A stretch of DNA of 62,404 bases, from assembly GCA_035277605.1 (NCBI GenBank), contig DATEKE010000237.1, positions 1-62,404 of the forward strand, given 5' to 3'. Origin of the DNA: Terriglobales bacterium. Its GTDB lineage: Bacteria > Acidobacteriota > Terriglobia > Terriglobales > Acidobacteriaceae. Positions 46,041 through 55,294 of this stretch are shown here, piece after piece. The notes beneath the pieces are model-generated. The model was not told the DNA's origin, ran no database searches, and was given only the letters and a program-made list of their open reading frames with translations. Position 1 is the first letter of the stretch. Every line of letters starts with the position of its first letter. The position numbers and the translations under genes were made by a program.

Positions 46041-46716
46041 TATGCTGCAACATCACACGAATCACTCTGAAAACAACGGCCGCCGCGAACGGCGGCGGCA
46101 GGAGACCCACGCCCGCATTTTCGAGAGTGCTATGCGATTGTTTGCAGAGCGTGGATTCGCAAACACTCCTGTCGAGGACATCACCGAAGCTGCCGACGTC
46201 GCCAAAGGAACGTTCTTCAACTACTTCCCTACCAAGGAAGCGATTCTCGAGGCTCTGGCCGAACGGCAGCTTGGGGTGGTGAAAGCCGCTGAGGAGCGGG
46301 CATGCACGGCTGCGAGCGTCCGACCCATACTTCTCGAAATGATTCACGGCCTTGCGGAAAGGCCGTCGCGGAGCCAGCTTCTTCTGCGCAGCTTGATGGG
46401 CGTTGCCATGACGCACAATTCCTTGTCGAGTTTTCTCGCGCGCGTTCTGGAGGGGGGACGCGGACACGTCTCCGGGATCATGCGTCGCGGACAAGAGCTT
46501 CGAGAATTGCGCAGCGATCTTGAGCCTATTGAACTGGCGCGCGTACTGCAGCACTGCATCTTTGGGACTCTCATGATTTGGTCTTTGAGCAAGCCGAAAG
46601 ACCTGGATAAGTGGCTCGATCTCACCTTTGAAACCTTCTGGCGCGGAGTCGCAGCCGAATCGGGATCGATTTCGGCATCCGCGCCTCGCTCTGCACGCAA
46701 GGAGAAGTCGCTATGA
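46033..46716 (+). CDS. TetR-family transcriptional regulator (first gene of the exporter operon)
   Basis: HTH ARIFESAMRLFAERGFANTPVEDITEAADVAKGTFFNYFPTKEAIL. Start is TTG 46033 or, more likely, ATG 46042. Confidence 0.88.
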   Translation: MVIMLQHHTNHSENNGRRERRRQETHARIFESAMRLFAERGFANTPVEDITEAADVAKGTFFNYFPTKEAILEALAERQLGVVKAAEERACTAASVRPILLEMIHGLAERPSRSQLLLRSLMGVAMTHNSLSSFLARVLEGGRGHVSGIMRRGQELRELRSDLEPIELARVLQHCIFGTLMIWSLSKPKDLDKWLDLTFETFWRGVAAESGSISASAPRSARKEKSL

Positions 46717-47771
46717 AACGCTGGGCAGCCATTGCAATTGTTGTGGGAATCGCGCTGGCGAGCATCGGCATGCGTTCGTGGTTCTCGCGCGATAGCAGCA
46801 TCACTGCCTCGGGCACGCTCGAAGCTCGCAACGTGAATGTCGGCTCCAAAGTGGGAGGACGCGTCGCCAAGGTGAATGTTCTCGAAGGCGATCACGTCAA
46901 GCCGGGACAGGTGCTGCTCGCGTTTGAAGATTCCGAATTAAATGCGCGTTTGCTCTCGGCGCGCGGCAAGTACGAAGAAGCCAAAGCCAATTACCAGAAG
47001 ATGCTGCACGGCTCGCGTCCGGAGGACATCGCCGAGGCGCGCGCGAATTCGCAGTACCAAGAGCATCTTGCTGACACCCATCGCGCCGATGTCGAGCGAG
47101 CGCAGTCGGACTTGGGCAACGCTGAAGTGAACTATCGCCGCGCACAGGAGTTGGCGCGCAGCGGAGTAGTTTCGAAACAGTTTCTCGACGATGCCGAAAA
47201 TCGTTACCGCTCTGCGCAAGCGATCCTGGCATCGGCACAGCAGGCAGTCGCCGCCTCGCAGGGCAGCATCGGCGCTTCGGAAGCTGCAAAGAAACGCGCC
47301 GAGCGCGGGTTCCGTCCGGAAGAGATCGCAGCGGCCAAGGCACTGATGCTAGCTGCCGAAGGGGATCTGAGAGAAGCCGAGTCGCAATGGAACGAGCGCG
47401 AAGTGAAGTCGCCGACCAGCGCCGTAGTCGAAGCCATGGACATTCGTCCCGGCGATCTGCTCCCGGCCAGCAGCACGGTCGCGAAGCTGCTCGAGAGTGA
47501 CCAGCTCTTTGTTGTCGTTTATGTTCCACAAAACCTCATTGGCCGCGTCCATCTCGGCCAGGAGGCTGAAGTCCGAGTCGATGCTTTCGACAAGCCCTTC
47601 GGTGCCAAAGTGGAACAGATCCGTCAGCAGGCGGAGTTTCTTCCTCGCAATGTTCAGACGAAGGATGAGCGCGAGCATCAGGTGGTCGGCGTGAAGCTGC
47701 GCGTCGAAAATCCTGAATCGCGCTTGCGCGCCGGAATCAACGCTGATGTGAAGTTTCTGGAGACGAAGTGA
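46713..47771 (+). CDS. HlyD-family secretion/adaptor protein
   Basis: N-terminal TM anchor, lipoyl-like VKPGQVLLAFED, long coiled coil. 4-nt overlaps with both neighbours. Confidence 0.88.
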   Translation: MKRWAAIAIVVGIALASIGMRSWFSRDSSITASGTLEARNVNVGSKVGGRVAKVNVLEGDHVKPGQVLLAFEDSELNARLLSARGKYEEAKANYQKMLHGSRPEDIAEARANSQYQEHLADTHRADVERAQSDLGNAEVNYRRAQELARSGVVSKQFLDDAENRYRSAQAILASAQQAVAASQGSIGASEAAKKRAERGFRPEEIAAAKALMLAAEGDLREAESQWNEREVKSPTSAVVEAMDIRPGDLLPASSTVAKLLESDQLFVVVYVPQNLIGRVHLGQEAEVRVDAFDKPFGAKVEQIRQQAEFLPRNVQTKDEREHQVVGVKLRVENPESRLRAGINADVKFLETK

Positions 47772-48739
47772 TGCCGGCGATCATCGCGGAAAATCTCGTT
47801 CGCAGGTTCGGAGAATTTACGGCTGTCGATGGCATTAGCTTCGAGGTGCAGCAAGGTGAAGTTTTCGGTTTTCTCGGTCCCAACGGCAGCGGCAAGACCA
47901 CGGTCATCAAGATGCTCACCGGGATTCTCCCGCTCACCTCAGGACGCGGTGTAGTGGATGGTATCGACGTCTCTGTCGATCCCGATGGGGTCAAGCAGCG
48001 CATTGGCTACATGAGCCAGAAGTTTTCTTTATATGACGACCTCACTGTGATCGAAAACTTGCGCTTCTATGCACAGATTTATGGCCTCAAAGGCAAAGAA
48101 GCAGAGCAGAAGATCGAGCAGACCATGCACCAGAATGCCATTGAGCCATACCAGGATCGATCCGCAGGAAAGCTTTCCGGAGGATGGAAGCAGCGGCTCG
48201 CGTTGAGCTGCGCCATGATGCACGGGCCGAAGATTCTTTATCTCGACGAGCCCACGGCCGGTATCGATCCGGTTGCACGACGCAAGCTTTGGGATTTGCT
48301 CTTCGAACTCAGTGGGCAGGGCATCACGTTCTTTGTGACGACGCATTACATGGACGAAGCCGAGCGATGCTCGCATCTCGCTTACATCTACTACGGCAAG
48401 CTCATCGCCGATGGCACGCCGGATACGCTGCGTGAGATTCCCGAGGTCTCGCCTGCCGGCACGCAACGTTTTGAAATCACTACGAAAGACGTGACCACTG
48501 CTCTTCGCCGAGCCCGCACCTTGCCTTTCATGCGCAGTGCGACGATCTTCGGGCGCTCGATTCACGCATTGATGCAGGACACGATTACGCAAACTGAACT
48601 GCTGCGAGAACTCGAGAACGTGGGCGTTCATGCCGATGAGATTCGGCCCCTGCTGCCGGACTTGGAAGACGTGTTTGTTGAGCTGACCTATCGCAAGCAG
48701 GCAGAGATGGAGGACGGCAGCAAATTCGCAACTGGGTAG
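47768..48739 (+). CDS. ABC transporter ATP-binding protein (ABC-2/DrrA-like)
   Basis: Walker A GPNGSGKTT, signature LSGGWKQRLAL, Walker B LYLDEPTAG. Confidence 0.93.
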   Translation: MMPAIIAENLVRRFGEFTAVDGISFEVQQGEVFGFLGPNGSGKTTVIKMLTGILPLTSGRGVVDGIDVSVDPDGVKQRIGYMSQKFSLYDDLTVIENLRFYAQIYGLKGKEAEQKIEQTMHQNAIEPYQDRSAGKLSGGWKQRLALSCAMMHGPKILYLDEPTAGIDPVARRKLWDLLFELSGQGITFFVTTHYMDEAERCSHLAYIYYGKLIADGTPDTLREIPEVSPAGTQRFEITTKDVTTALRRARTLPFMRSATIFGRSIHALMQDTITQTELLRELENVGVHADEIRPLLPDLEDVFVELTYRKQAEMEDGSKFATG

Positions 48740-48746
48740 AGAGGGC

Positions 48747-50000
48747 ATGCCCGCTGCTACCGATGTTCAACTACGCTGTACAGAGAGCCTTCTTATGAGT
48801 TCCGCACTAGAAGCAACAATGCAAATTCCCGAAACAGAAACCCACGTCGCATGGAGCAATAATCCCTTTCGCGGATTTCGCGCCATCTTCTACAAGGAAT
48901 CGCTGCATCTGCGCCGAGACTCCATGGCAATCATGTTTGCGTTGCTCATTCCCATTGTGGAAATGATCATTCTGGGTGCAGCCATCGACACCAACGTCCG
49001 ACAGGTGAAAACCGTTGTCTTCGATCAGAGCGGACTCATGGAGCATGCCAGCGACGTCGAAGGCAGTCAGAGCAGCCGGGCCCTGCTTGATCGCTTCCGC
49101 AGCTCTGACACATTCAATATTTACAAGTATGCGTATTCCGACGCTGAACTCAATCATGAGATGGTCGCCGGTCGCGCCAAAGTGGGAATCAAGATTCCTT
49201 ACGACTTTGACCGTCAACTGCTGCGCGGTGGTACCGCACAAGTAATGGTCCTGGTCGATGGCTCGGATTCGTCAGTCGCTGGTCAAACTCTGAACGTGGC
49301 ATCCGCGATTGGTTTGGATGAATCCCTGCGACGCATGCTGCCGGCAGGCAAACAGCCGGCTATCGATATTCGCCCGAAAATCATGTTCAACCCGGATTCG
49401 CGCTCTCCGAATTTTTTCCTTCCCGGATTGATGACTGTTTTGCTGCTCTTTGTTACGACAATGCTCACGGCGTTCTCGATCGTGCGGGAAAAAGAGCGCG
49501 GCACGCTGGAGCAGCTCTTCGTAACACCGGTTCGTCCGCTTGGGCTGATGATGGGCAAGATCATGCCTTACTTCGGCCTGGCCATGATTGAAATGCTGAT
49601 GATCCTTGCCTTTATGCGCATAGCCTTCCGCGTGCCGATTCACGGCAATGTGCTCCTGCTGCTCGTACTCGGGACGTGCTACATGTTTACCCACCTGTCG
49701 CTTGGCATGCTGATCTCGTCGAAAGCCAATTCCCAAAATGACGCCATGCAGCGCTCGATGGGAATCATGTTGCCGAGCATCTTTCTCTCCGGCTACATCT
49801 TCCCTCTCGACAATATGCCGTGGATTTTCTATCTGATGAGCTTCTTCGTTCCCGCGACGTACATGATGAACATCTCGCGCGGCATCATCCTGCGTGGAGC
49901 TGGCTTTGCTGACCTGTGGGTGAATGCGGCAGCTCTTCTGCTGATGGGAGTTGTTGCCCTCGCGATCGCCGCGAGAAACTTCAAGAAGATGATTGTGTGA
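48747..50000 (+). CDS. ABC-2 type transporter permease
   Basis: N-terminal TM helix, large extracytoplasmic loop, then 5 TM helices, typical of ABC-2 permeases. An alternative start is ATG 48795. Confidence 0.85.
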   Translation: MPAATDVQLRCTESLLMSSALEATMQIPETETHVAWSNNPFRGFRAIFYKESLHLRRDSMAIMFALLIPIVEMIILGAAIDTNVRQVKTVVFDQSGLMEHASDVEGSQSSRALLDRFRSSDTFNIYKYAYSDAELNHEMVAGRAKVGIKIPYDFDRQLLRGGTAQVMVLVDGSDSSVAGQTLNVASAIGLDESLRRMLPAGKQPAIDIRPKIMFNPDSRSPNFFLPGLMTVLLLFVTTMLTAFSIVREKERGTLEQLFVTPVRPLGLMMGKIMPYFGLAMIEMLMILAFMRIAFRVPIHGNVLLLLVLGTCYMFTHLSLGMLISSKANSQNDAMQRSMGIMLPSIFLSGYIFPLDNMPWIFYLMSFFVPATYMMNISRGIILRGAGFADLWVNAAALLLMGVVALAIAARNFKKMIV

Positions 50001-50014
50001 AGAACAGCTACGGA

Positions 50015-50040
50015 GCTACGGAGCTGCGAAGCCTCGTAGC
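50015..50040. terminator. Imperfect hairpin (GCTACGGAGCT-gcga-AGCCTCGTAGC) between convergent genes
   Basis: Seen by eye. Two central mismatches and no U-tract. Embedded in a short CTACGGAG tandem. Confidence 0.25.
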
Positions 50041-50087
50041 CTCGAAGCTGAACTGTCGACTATCTGACCACGCGTACGAGGTCCAAC

Positions 50088-51233
50088 TCAGTGCGGAAGG
50101 GGCGGAGGAGCGCTGGACATCTGCGGTGCGAGAAGCTCATCTGCTCTTTCATCGGCCCGCTTGTGGATGGACACGACCGTCGCGAACTCCTTATCGGCTT
50201 CGGCTTTCTTTCCAGTCGCTTGAAAGATTCGCCCCAGGCGGTAGTGCGCATCCGGCTGCGACGGATCGAGCTGAACTGCACGCTTGAGTGCTGCGATCGC
50301 CTCGTCGTATTTCTTCTGCTCGTTGTACACGACACCAAGATCGATGTAGGCAAACCGAATGTCGTTCTTCAGAGCGACGGCTTTCTTGAGCAACTCGATT
50401 GCCGCGTCAGGATTTTTGTTCTTCATCTCAATGTCGCCGAGGTAGGCAATCGCCTGTGCGTTCTTCGGATCGACGTCCAGTTCATTTTGGAACTCGGCTT
50501 TGGCTTCCTCATACTTGTGCGATTTCCAATAGAGATAGCCCAGCCCAAAATGGACATTGGGCTCGCGCGGTGAAACGCGCGCTGCCGTTTTAAATTCTGC
50601 GAGCGCGTCGGGCGTGCGACTCAGACCATCAAGCGCTTCGCCCATCAGCATGTGCGCAGCAGCGGAGTCAGGCTGCGTCTGGAGGATGCGTCTGAAACCA
50701 TCGAGGGCGCACGAATATCTCTTAGCCCAAAGGCAACTCTGGGCCAGCATCTGCTGAAGTTCAGGGTTGTCGGGATCGGCCTTCGCTGCGATCTGAAGAT
50801 GGTCTGCGGCCTTAGCGAAGTCCTTCGCGCCGTAATAGCTCAATCCCAGCAAAATTCGCGCTTGCTCGTTGTTTGAGTCTGCCTCAAGGGCTGTGGTTAG
50901 AGGCGAAACAGCGGCACGAAAGTTCCCAAGCTTAAACTCCGCCAACCCCAGGTTCATTTGAATGCCGGGGAGTTTCGGATTCAGTTTCAGTGCCCGCCGA
51001 TATGCCGATGCCGCCTCGGAGTACTTCTGCTCGCGCGCAAGATCCACACCCATACTGGCGAATGCAGCCGCGTCCGCCGGATTCCTCTCGGTTACGGATT
51101 GCCACACCTGAACCGCCTCGCCCCATTTTCCCTGCTGCTCAAAGGCAATCGCGTCACTCGGACTGGCATTCTGGGCATAGGCTGCCGCGCAAAGGACCAA
51201 TCCTGGAAAGAACTTGAGAAAAGGTGAGCGCAT
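50088..51233 (-). CDS. Secreted tetratricopeptide-repeat (TPR) protein
   Basis: Signal peptide (FPGLVLCAAAYAQ) and about 9 TPR-like 34-aa repeats (...A...Y..AL.L.P...). Confidence 0.85.
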   Translation of the reverse strand: MRSPFLKFFPGLVLCAAAYAQNASPSDAIAFEQQGKWGEAVQVWQSVTERNPADAAAFASMGVDLAREQKYSEAASAYRRALKLNPKLPGIQMNLGLAEFKLGNFRAAVSPLTTALEADSNNEQARILLGLSYYGAKDFAKAADHLQIAAKADPDNPELQQMLAQSCLWAKRYSCALDGFRRILQTQPDSAAAHMLMGEALDGLSRTPDALAEFKTAARVSPREPNVHFGLGYLYWKSHKYEEAKAEFQNELDVDPKNAQAIAYLGDIEMKNKNPDAAIELLKKAVALKNDIRFAYIDLGVVYNEQKKYDEAIAALKRAVQLDPSQPDAHYRLGRIFQATGKKAEADKEFATVVSIHKRADERADELLAPQMSSAPPPLPH

Positions 51234-51303
51234 CTAGGACTTCACAGTAATCGTACACGGACAGTGCTCGACGGACTGTGTTTGCCGTTGGAGATGTTCA
51301 CGC

Positions 51304-51344
51304 AAAAAAATTCCCCGCTCGCCGAGTGCTTCTTGCGAGCGGGG
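51304..51344 (-). terminator. Rho-independent terminator of the TonB-dependent receptor gene
   Basis: Minus strand reads CCCCGCTCGC-12 nt-GCGAGCGGGG followed by AATTTTTTT. Lies 26 nt after the stop. Confidence 0.8.
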
Positions 51345-51369
51345 TTGCGTGCGTGTCAAAAATCGACTT

Positions 51370-54300
51370 CTAAAAGACTAGCTTCGCTCCAAGTTGGAAT
51401 ACTCTCGGATCGAACGTTGACGTGACCTGGCCAAACGTACTCGAAGTGGTGCTGGAATCGACGTTTCTAAACTGCGTGTGATTCCAGACGTTGAAGGCAT
51501 CGGCTCGGAACTGGAACATGCTCCCGCGTGACTCGCTGAACACAAAGTTCTTGAAGAAGGAGAGATTCCAGTTGTCGCGTCCCGGACCCCTGAGGGCATC
51601 GAAACCGAGATTGCCCCATGTGCCTGCCGCAGGAGTGCCGAACGCATTGGTAGTGAACCACTGCGTCGCGGTTTGCGGATAGCTAACCGTGCCGGTAAGG
51701 TTCGGGCGATTGGTGCAGGTCCCCAATGGAATATTGCAAACGCTGTTGCTTCCGCCGACCGTGACGTTCAGCGGCAGTCCAGATTCCATTGTGACAATCC
51801 CGGACAGCTCCCACCCTCCAAGAGCAGTCTTGAGAAGTCCCTTATCGCTGTTCTTCAGGAATGGAAGCTGGTAATCGAAGTTAAAGAAAACTACGTGAGT
51901 TCTGTCCAGGATCGAAGGCCCTAAATCGTACTTCCATCCAAGGTATGGGTTCGATACGTTTGCCAGATCACCGCCGCTGCCGCCGGTGGTCGGATCGACG
52001 GAGCGCGCAAGCGTATAGCCGACCTGAAGCATCAAATCACTCCTCACGTTCCCGTGTACATCAACTTGGAGCGAGTTGTAGTGACCATTTGCCTCGTTTT
52101 CCGAAAGCTTCAGGTTACGGAAACCCTGGAAGGGCAGCAACGTGTTATACGCGTTATTGTTCGCCTGCAAACTGGGAAGCAGGCTTATGTTCGGCAAATT
52201 GATGTCCCGGTAGTCGTTCTGATGACGTGACTGGCTGCCCACATACGAAGCAGCCAAGACCGCTTTGCTGCCCAACGCATGCTGCATTCCGAAACTGTAC
52301 TGATACGTCACCGGAGCTTTGTAGTCGTCTTTGGCGATACCTGTAATGCTGGGTACCACAATCGGTAGCCCCGCGATAGCGTTTCCAGATTGGATATTCG
52401 TCTTTGGATTGGAGAGGAATACGTTGTTCAAACCGGCGCTGGCACTGAACGGGACGTTTGTACCGCCGTTGTACATGTCGTTGCCTTGTACGCGCTCATA
52501 CATCGCTCCGAAGCCGCCGCGCAGCACCGTAGTTCCCTTGCCGGTTAGATCGTAGGCGAATCCAACGCGAGGACCGAACTCAGCCCAGTGATCAGCCACC
52601 ATTCCTTTCGGAACACCAGCCTGACCGGCAATTCCAATGCCGTTCAGATAGAACTGAACGCCCTGCAGGATCGGATTCGGACTGGTTCCCAAACCGGGAC
52701 TTGCTGCAGCACAGCCCGTGGGATTGCCCGGCCCGGCACAAATCTGCGTCCCATTCGCATTGGCAAACAAGGGCGCCTTTGACGGGTCGTAGAGATTGGG
52801 ATAGAAGTTCGACATGCGATTGTTGGCTTCATACGTGTGCGGAGCACCATCCCAACGAAGTCCCAAGTTCAGGGTCAGGCGACTCGTCGTCCTCCAGTTG
52901 TCCTGAACGTAAGCAGCCCAGGAGACGTTGTTCCAATAGCCATTGTCGTGTACCGCATCTTCCGAGTAGGAGTTCGAGTACCCCAGCAGGAAATCGGCAA
53001 AGTCATTTCCCGTGTAGGAGCCGTTGAACTGAAAATTACCCTGCGTTGACGCAAATACATCCTGAATCTTCTTGTAAAGCGCCCAACTCCCGCCATACTT
53101 CACAGAGTGTTTGCCGGACGACCAGGAGACATCATCGCGAATCTGATAGTCATCGGCCTTATTTACCCATGGCTCCCAAGAGACCGTGGCGTTAGTTCCG
53201 GTCGAGCCACTCAACTGAATTGATGGAATTCGGTTAAGCGCGTTCGGACCTGGAAAGACGCGGTTGAAAACAAACCCTGACGGGGCCGTAAAAGCCCCCT
53301 TAGGAGTGATGTTGATGCGATTGCCGTTGTAGTTAAACGCGATTTCGTTCAGCAGATGCGGATTGATCATATGCGTCGCGTGAACGACAGCGCTGTACGA
53401 AGGATTGTTAAAAGTGTTGCTGATTGTCGGAACGTTGTCACCGCTCCATTGTGTGGTGCCGAATCCTTGCGAAATCTGCTCTGCGACAAAGTGGCCAAAG
53501 ATCTGGAACTTGTCACTGAAATTGTGATCAACGCGGGTAATTTCTTCCCTCACGTTCGTCGGGACGTTGTTACCTCCGATGAACTGATTACCGCTGGTCG
53601 GAGCCGGGAAAATTCCAGCTTTCAGCAGAAGCTGCGCGTTCGCATCGAGTAATGCGGCCGGAATGGTGTTCTGAGGAAACGGTTGTCCCGGTGTTAGTCC
53701 GAGCGACGCATACTTCGCCTGCAGTGCCGGTGAGAGTTGGCTGGCGGAGGGCACGTTGATCGTGGTTGGGAACACGCCCCCATACGTACTCGTCAAAGGT
53801 ACCGTCTGCTTCAAGGTTTGACCTTGAATCAGGCTGCGCCATTCCATGTTATAGAAGAAAAATGTCTTATTGTGATCGCTGTTGTACAGCTTGCCGAGAG
53901 TTACGGGACCGCCAACATTAAAACCGTAGGTGTTGAAGCGTAGCTTGGCAACAGGACTAGGCTGCCTGTTGAAGTAGGTGCGGGCATCCAGGGCGTCGTT
54001 GCGGTCGTACTCCCAAGCCGAGGCGTGCAGTTTCTTGGTTCCGGATTTAAGAACCGTAGTCATCGTTGCGGCCGATGACAAGCCATACTCGGCGCTATAG
54101 TTCGAAGTCAGAATGCGGAACTCAGACATGGACTCCAGAGAGGGCATCACGCTGAAGTTGCCTGAGCCTCCGCGATCAAGATCTTCGCCGCCGTCCATTA
54201 GATAAATGTTGTGGCCCATGCGCTGACCGTTGAAGCTGACGTTCGCATCGCCGCCGACTGGAGTTGGCGTTTGGAAGTCTCCCTGGTTTCCGGAAGCTCC

Positions 54301-54822
54301 TGGCGTGAGATTGATTAGCGTGTAGATGCTGCGGCCGTTGGTCGCGAGCTGCGAAATCTGCCGACCGGTTATGACATCGCTGACCTCACTCGATTCTGAC
54401 TGTACCTGCACCGCGGTAGCTTCCACAGTAACTTTTTCCTGCGCGGCGCCAACCTGGAGTTGGAAGTCGAGACGAGCACGGTCGTTCACATTCAGAACGA
54501 TGTTCTTTGAAAGCTGTTTGAATCCGCCCGACTCGACCTGCACGGTGTAGCTCCCGATCGGCAGAGCCGGAGCCACATATTGACCATCGTTATTGCTGCT
54601 GAAGCGGCGGCTTTGTCCTGTATCCGTTTTGGTGACGGTGATAGTTGCGTTTGGAACCGCAGCTCCGGTGGGATCCGTTACACTTCCCACAATGGTCGCG
54701 TCCTGCGCAAATACTGGTGTGGCGAATATTCCAACAAGGACGAAAAGCATGGCAGCGAGGCGGATGCTATTTCGTCTCACGCACTGGGCTAACCTCTCTA
54801 TGTTTCTTGGCGAAAGCTTCAT
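51370..54822 (-). CDS. TonB-dependent outer-membrane receptor with an N-terminal carboxypeptidase-regulatory-like domain
   Basis: 1150 aa. Signal peptide, CarboxypepD_reg segment (TIVGSVTDPTGAAVPNATITVTKTDTGQ...YTVQVESGGF), plug and long beta-barrel ending in the aromatic residue ...GAKLVF. Confidence 0.92.
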   Translation of the reverse strand: MKLSPRNIERLAQCVRRNSIRLAAMLFVLVGIFATPVFAQDATIVGSVTDPTGAAVPNATITVTKTDTGQSRRFSSNNDGQYVAPALPIGSYTVQVESGGFKQLSKNIVLNVNDRARLDFQLQVGAAQEKVTVEATAVQVQSESSEVSDVITGRQISQLATNGRSIYTLINLTPGASGNQGDFQTPTPVGGDANVSFNGQRMGHNIYLMDGGEDLDRGGSGNFSVMPSLESMSEFRILTSNYSAEYGLSSAATMTTVLKSGTKKLHASAWEYDRNDALDARTYFNRQPSPVAKLRFNTYGFNVGGPVTLGKLYNSDHNKTFFFYNMEWRSLIQGQTLKQTVPLTSTYGGVFPTTINVPSASQLSPALQAKYASLGLTPGQPFPQNTIPAALLDANAQLLLKAGIFPAPTSGNQFIGGNNVPTNVREEITRVDHNFSDKFQIFGHFVAEQISQGFGTTQWSGDNVPTISNTFNNPSYSAVVHATHMINPHLLNEIAFNYNGNRINITPKGAFTAPSGFVFNRVFPGPNALNRIPSIQLSGSTGTNATVSWEPWVNKADDYQIRDDVSWSSGKHSVKYGGSWALYKKIQDVFASTQGNFQFNGSYTGNDFADFLLGYSNSYSEDAVHDNGYWNNVSWAAYVQDNWRTTSRLTLNLGLRWDGAPHTYEANNRMSNFYPNLYDPSKAPLFANANGTQICAGPGNPTGCAAASPGLGTSPNPILQGVQFYLNGIGIAGQAGVPKGMVADHWAEFGPRVGFAYDLTGKGTTVLRGGFGAMYERVQGNDMYNGGTNVPFSASAGLNNVFLSNPKTNIQSGNAIAGLPIVVPSITGIAKDDYKAPVTYQYSFGMQHALGSKAVLAASYVGSQSRHQNDYRDINLPNISLLPSLQANNNAYNTLLPFQGFRNLKLSENEANGHYNSLQVDVHGNVRSDLMLQVGYTLARSVDPTTGGSGGDLANVSNPYLGWKYDLGPSILDRTHVVFFNFDYQLPFLKNSDKGLLKTALGGWELSGIVTMESGLPLNVTVGGSNSVCNIPLGTCTNRPNLTGTVSYPQTATQWFTTNAFGTPAAGTWGNLGFDALRGPGRDNWNLSFFKNFVFSESRGSMFQFRADAFNVWNHTQFRNVDSSTTSSTFGQVTSTFDPRVFQLGAKLVF

Positions 54823-54879
54823 GGCCGGCCTCCGAGAGTTAATTTGTACATCTCCCTAAAACCTTTCAGTAATCCAACT

Positions 54880-54889
54880 AAATCGATTT
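54880..54889. promoter_or_regulatory. Palindrome AAATCGATTT, 58 bp upstream of the receptor start (candidate LacI-type half-operator)
   Basis: Read directly. The core TAAATCGATT recurs at 56512-56521, upstream of the first LacI gene. Confidence 0.35.
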
Positions 54890-55086
54890 GGGAATGTTGG
54901 GGCAAGACTCTGTCACGGGTCCTAGAACGTTGTCAATACTTTTTCGCCTGCGCGCGTCAAAGGCTTCCTTCACTCACAACGTCTGGCACGCACGTTCTAT
55001 CAAGAGGCTCGACCAACGCTCACACAGATCACATTCAACAGCACCATCGCCTGCTCGGCTTCCAAGAGCACAGATGATCTGTATAT

Positions 55087-55100
55087 CTAAAACGTTTTAG
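55087..55100. promoter_or_regulatory. Perfect 14-bp palindrome CTAAAACGTTTTAG with a central CG, candidate LacI-family operator
   Basis: Read directly. Lies in the 472-bp non-coding region upstream of the receptor gene. LacI/GalR operators are typically 14-20 bp palindromes with a central CG. Confidence 0.45.
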
Positions 55101-55294
55101 GTCACGGCGTGAAACTCTGGCACGAGAGAAGACGGGTTGTCAAGGTCTTTTGCATGCACGCCCTCTCAATTTTCATTCCCGCCCGAGGCCCAGCGGTCCA
55201 GCGACGGAATGTAACGTGCAGTTTTGAAAAGCATTTCCAGGACTCCCGATGGCGAGAAGGAACTGATCGATGCAGACGCTCTTTGAGGGGACGA

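Noticed and set aside
50011-50048. Short tandem CTACGGAG CTACGGAG CTGCGAAG followed by CCTCGTAG CCTCGAAG
   Set aside because: It is too short and imperfect to call a repeat family or a CRISPR-like element. It is best explained as an imperfect intergenic hairpin between convergent genes.
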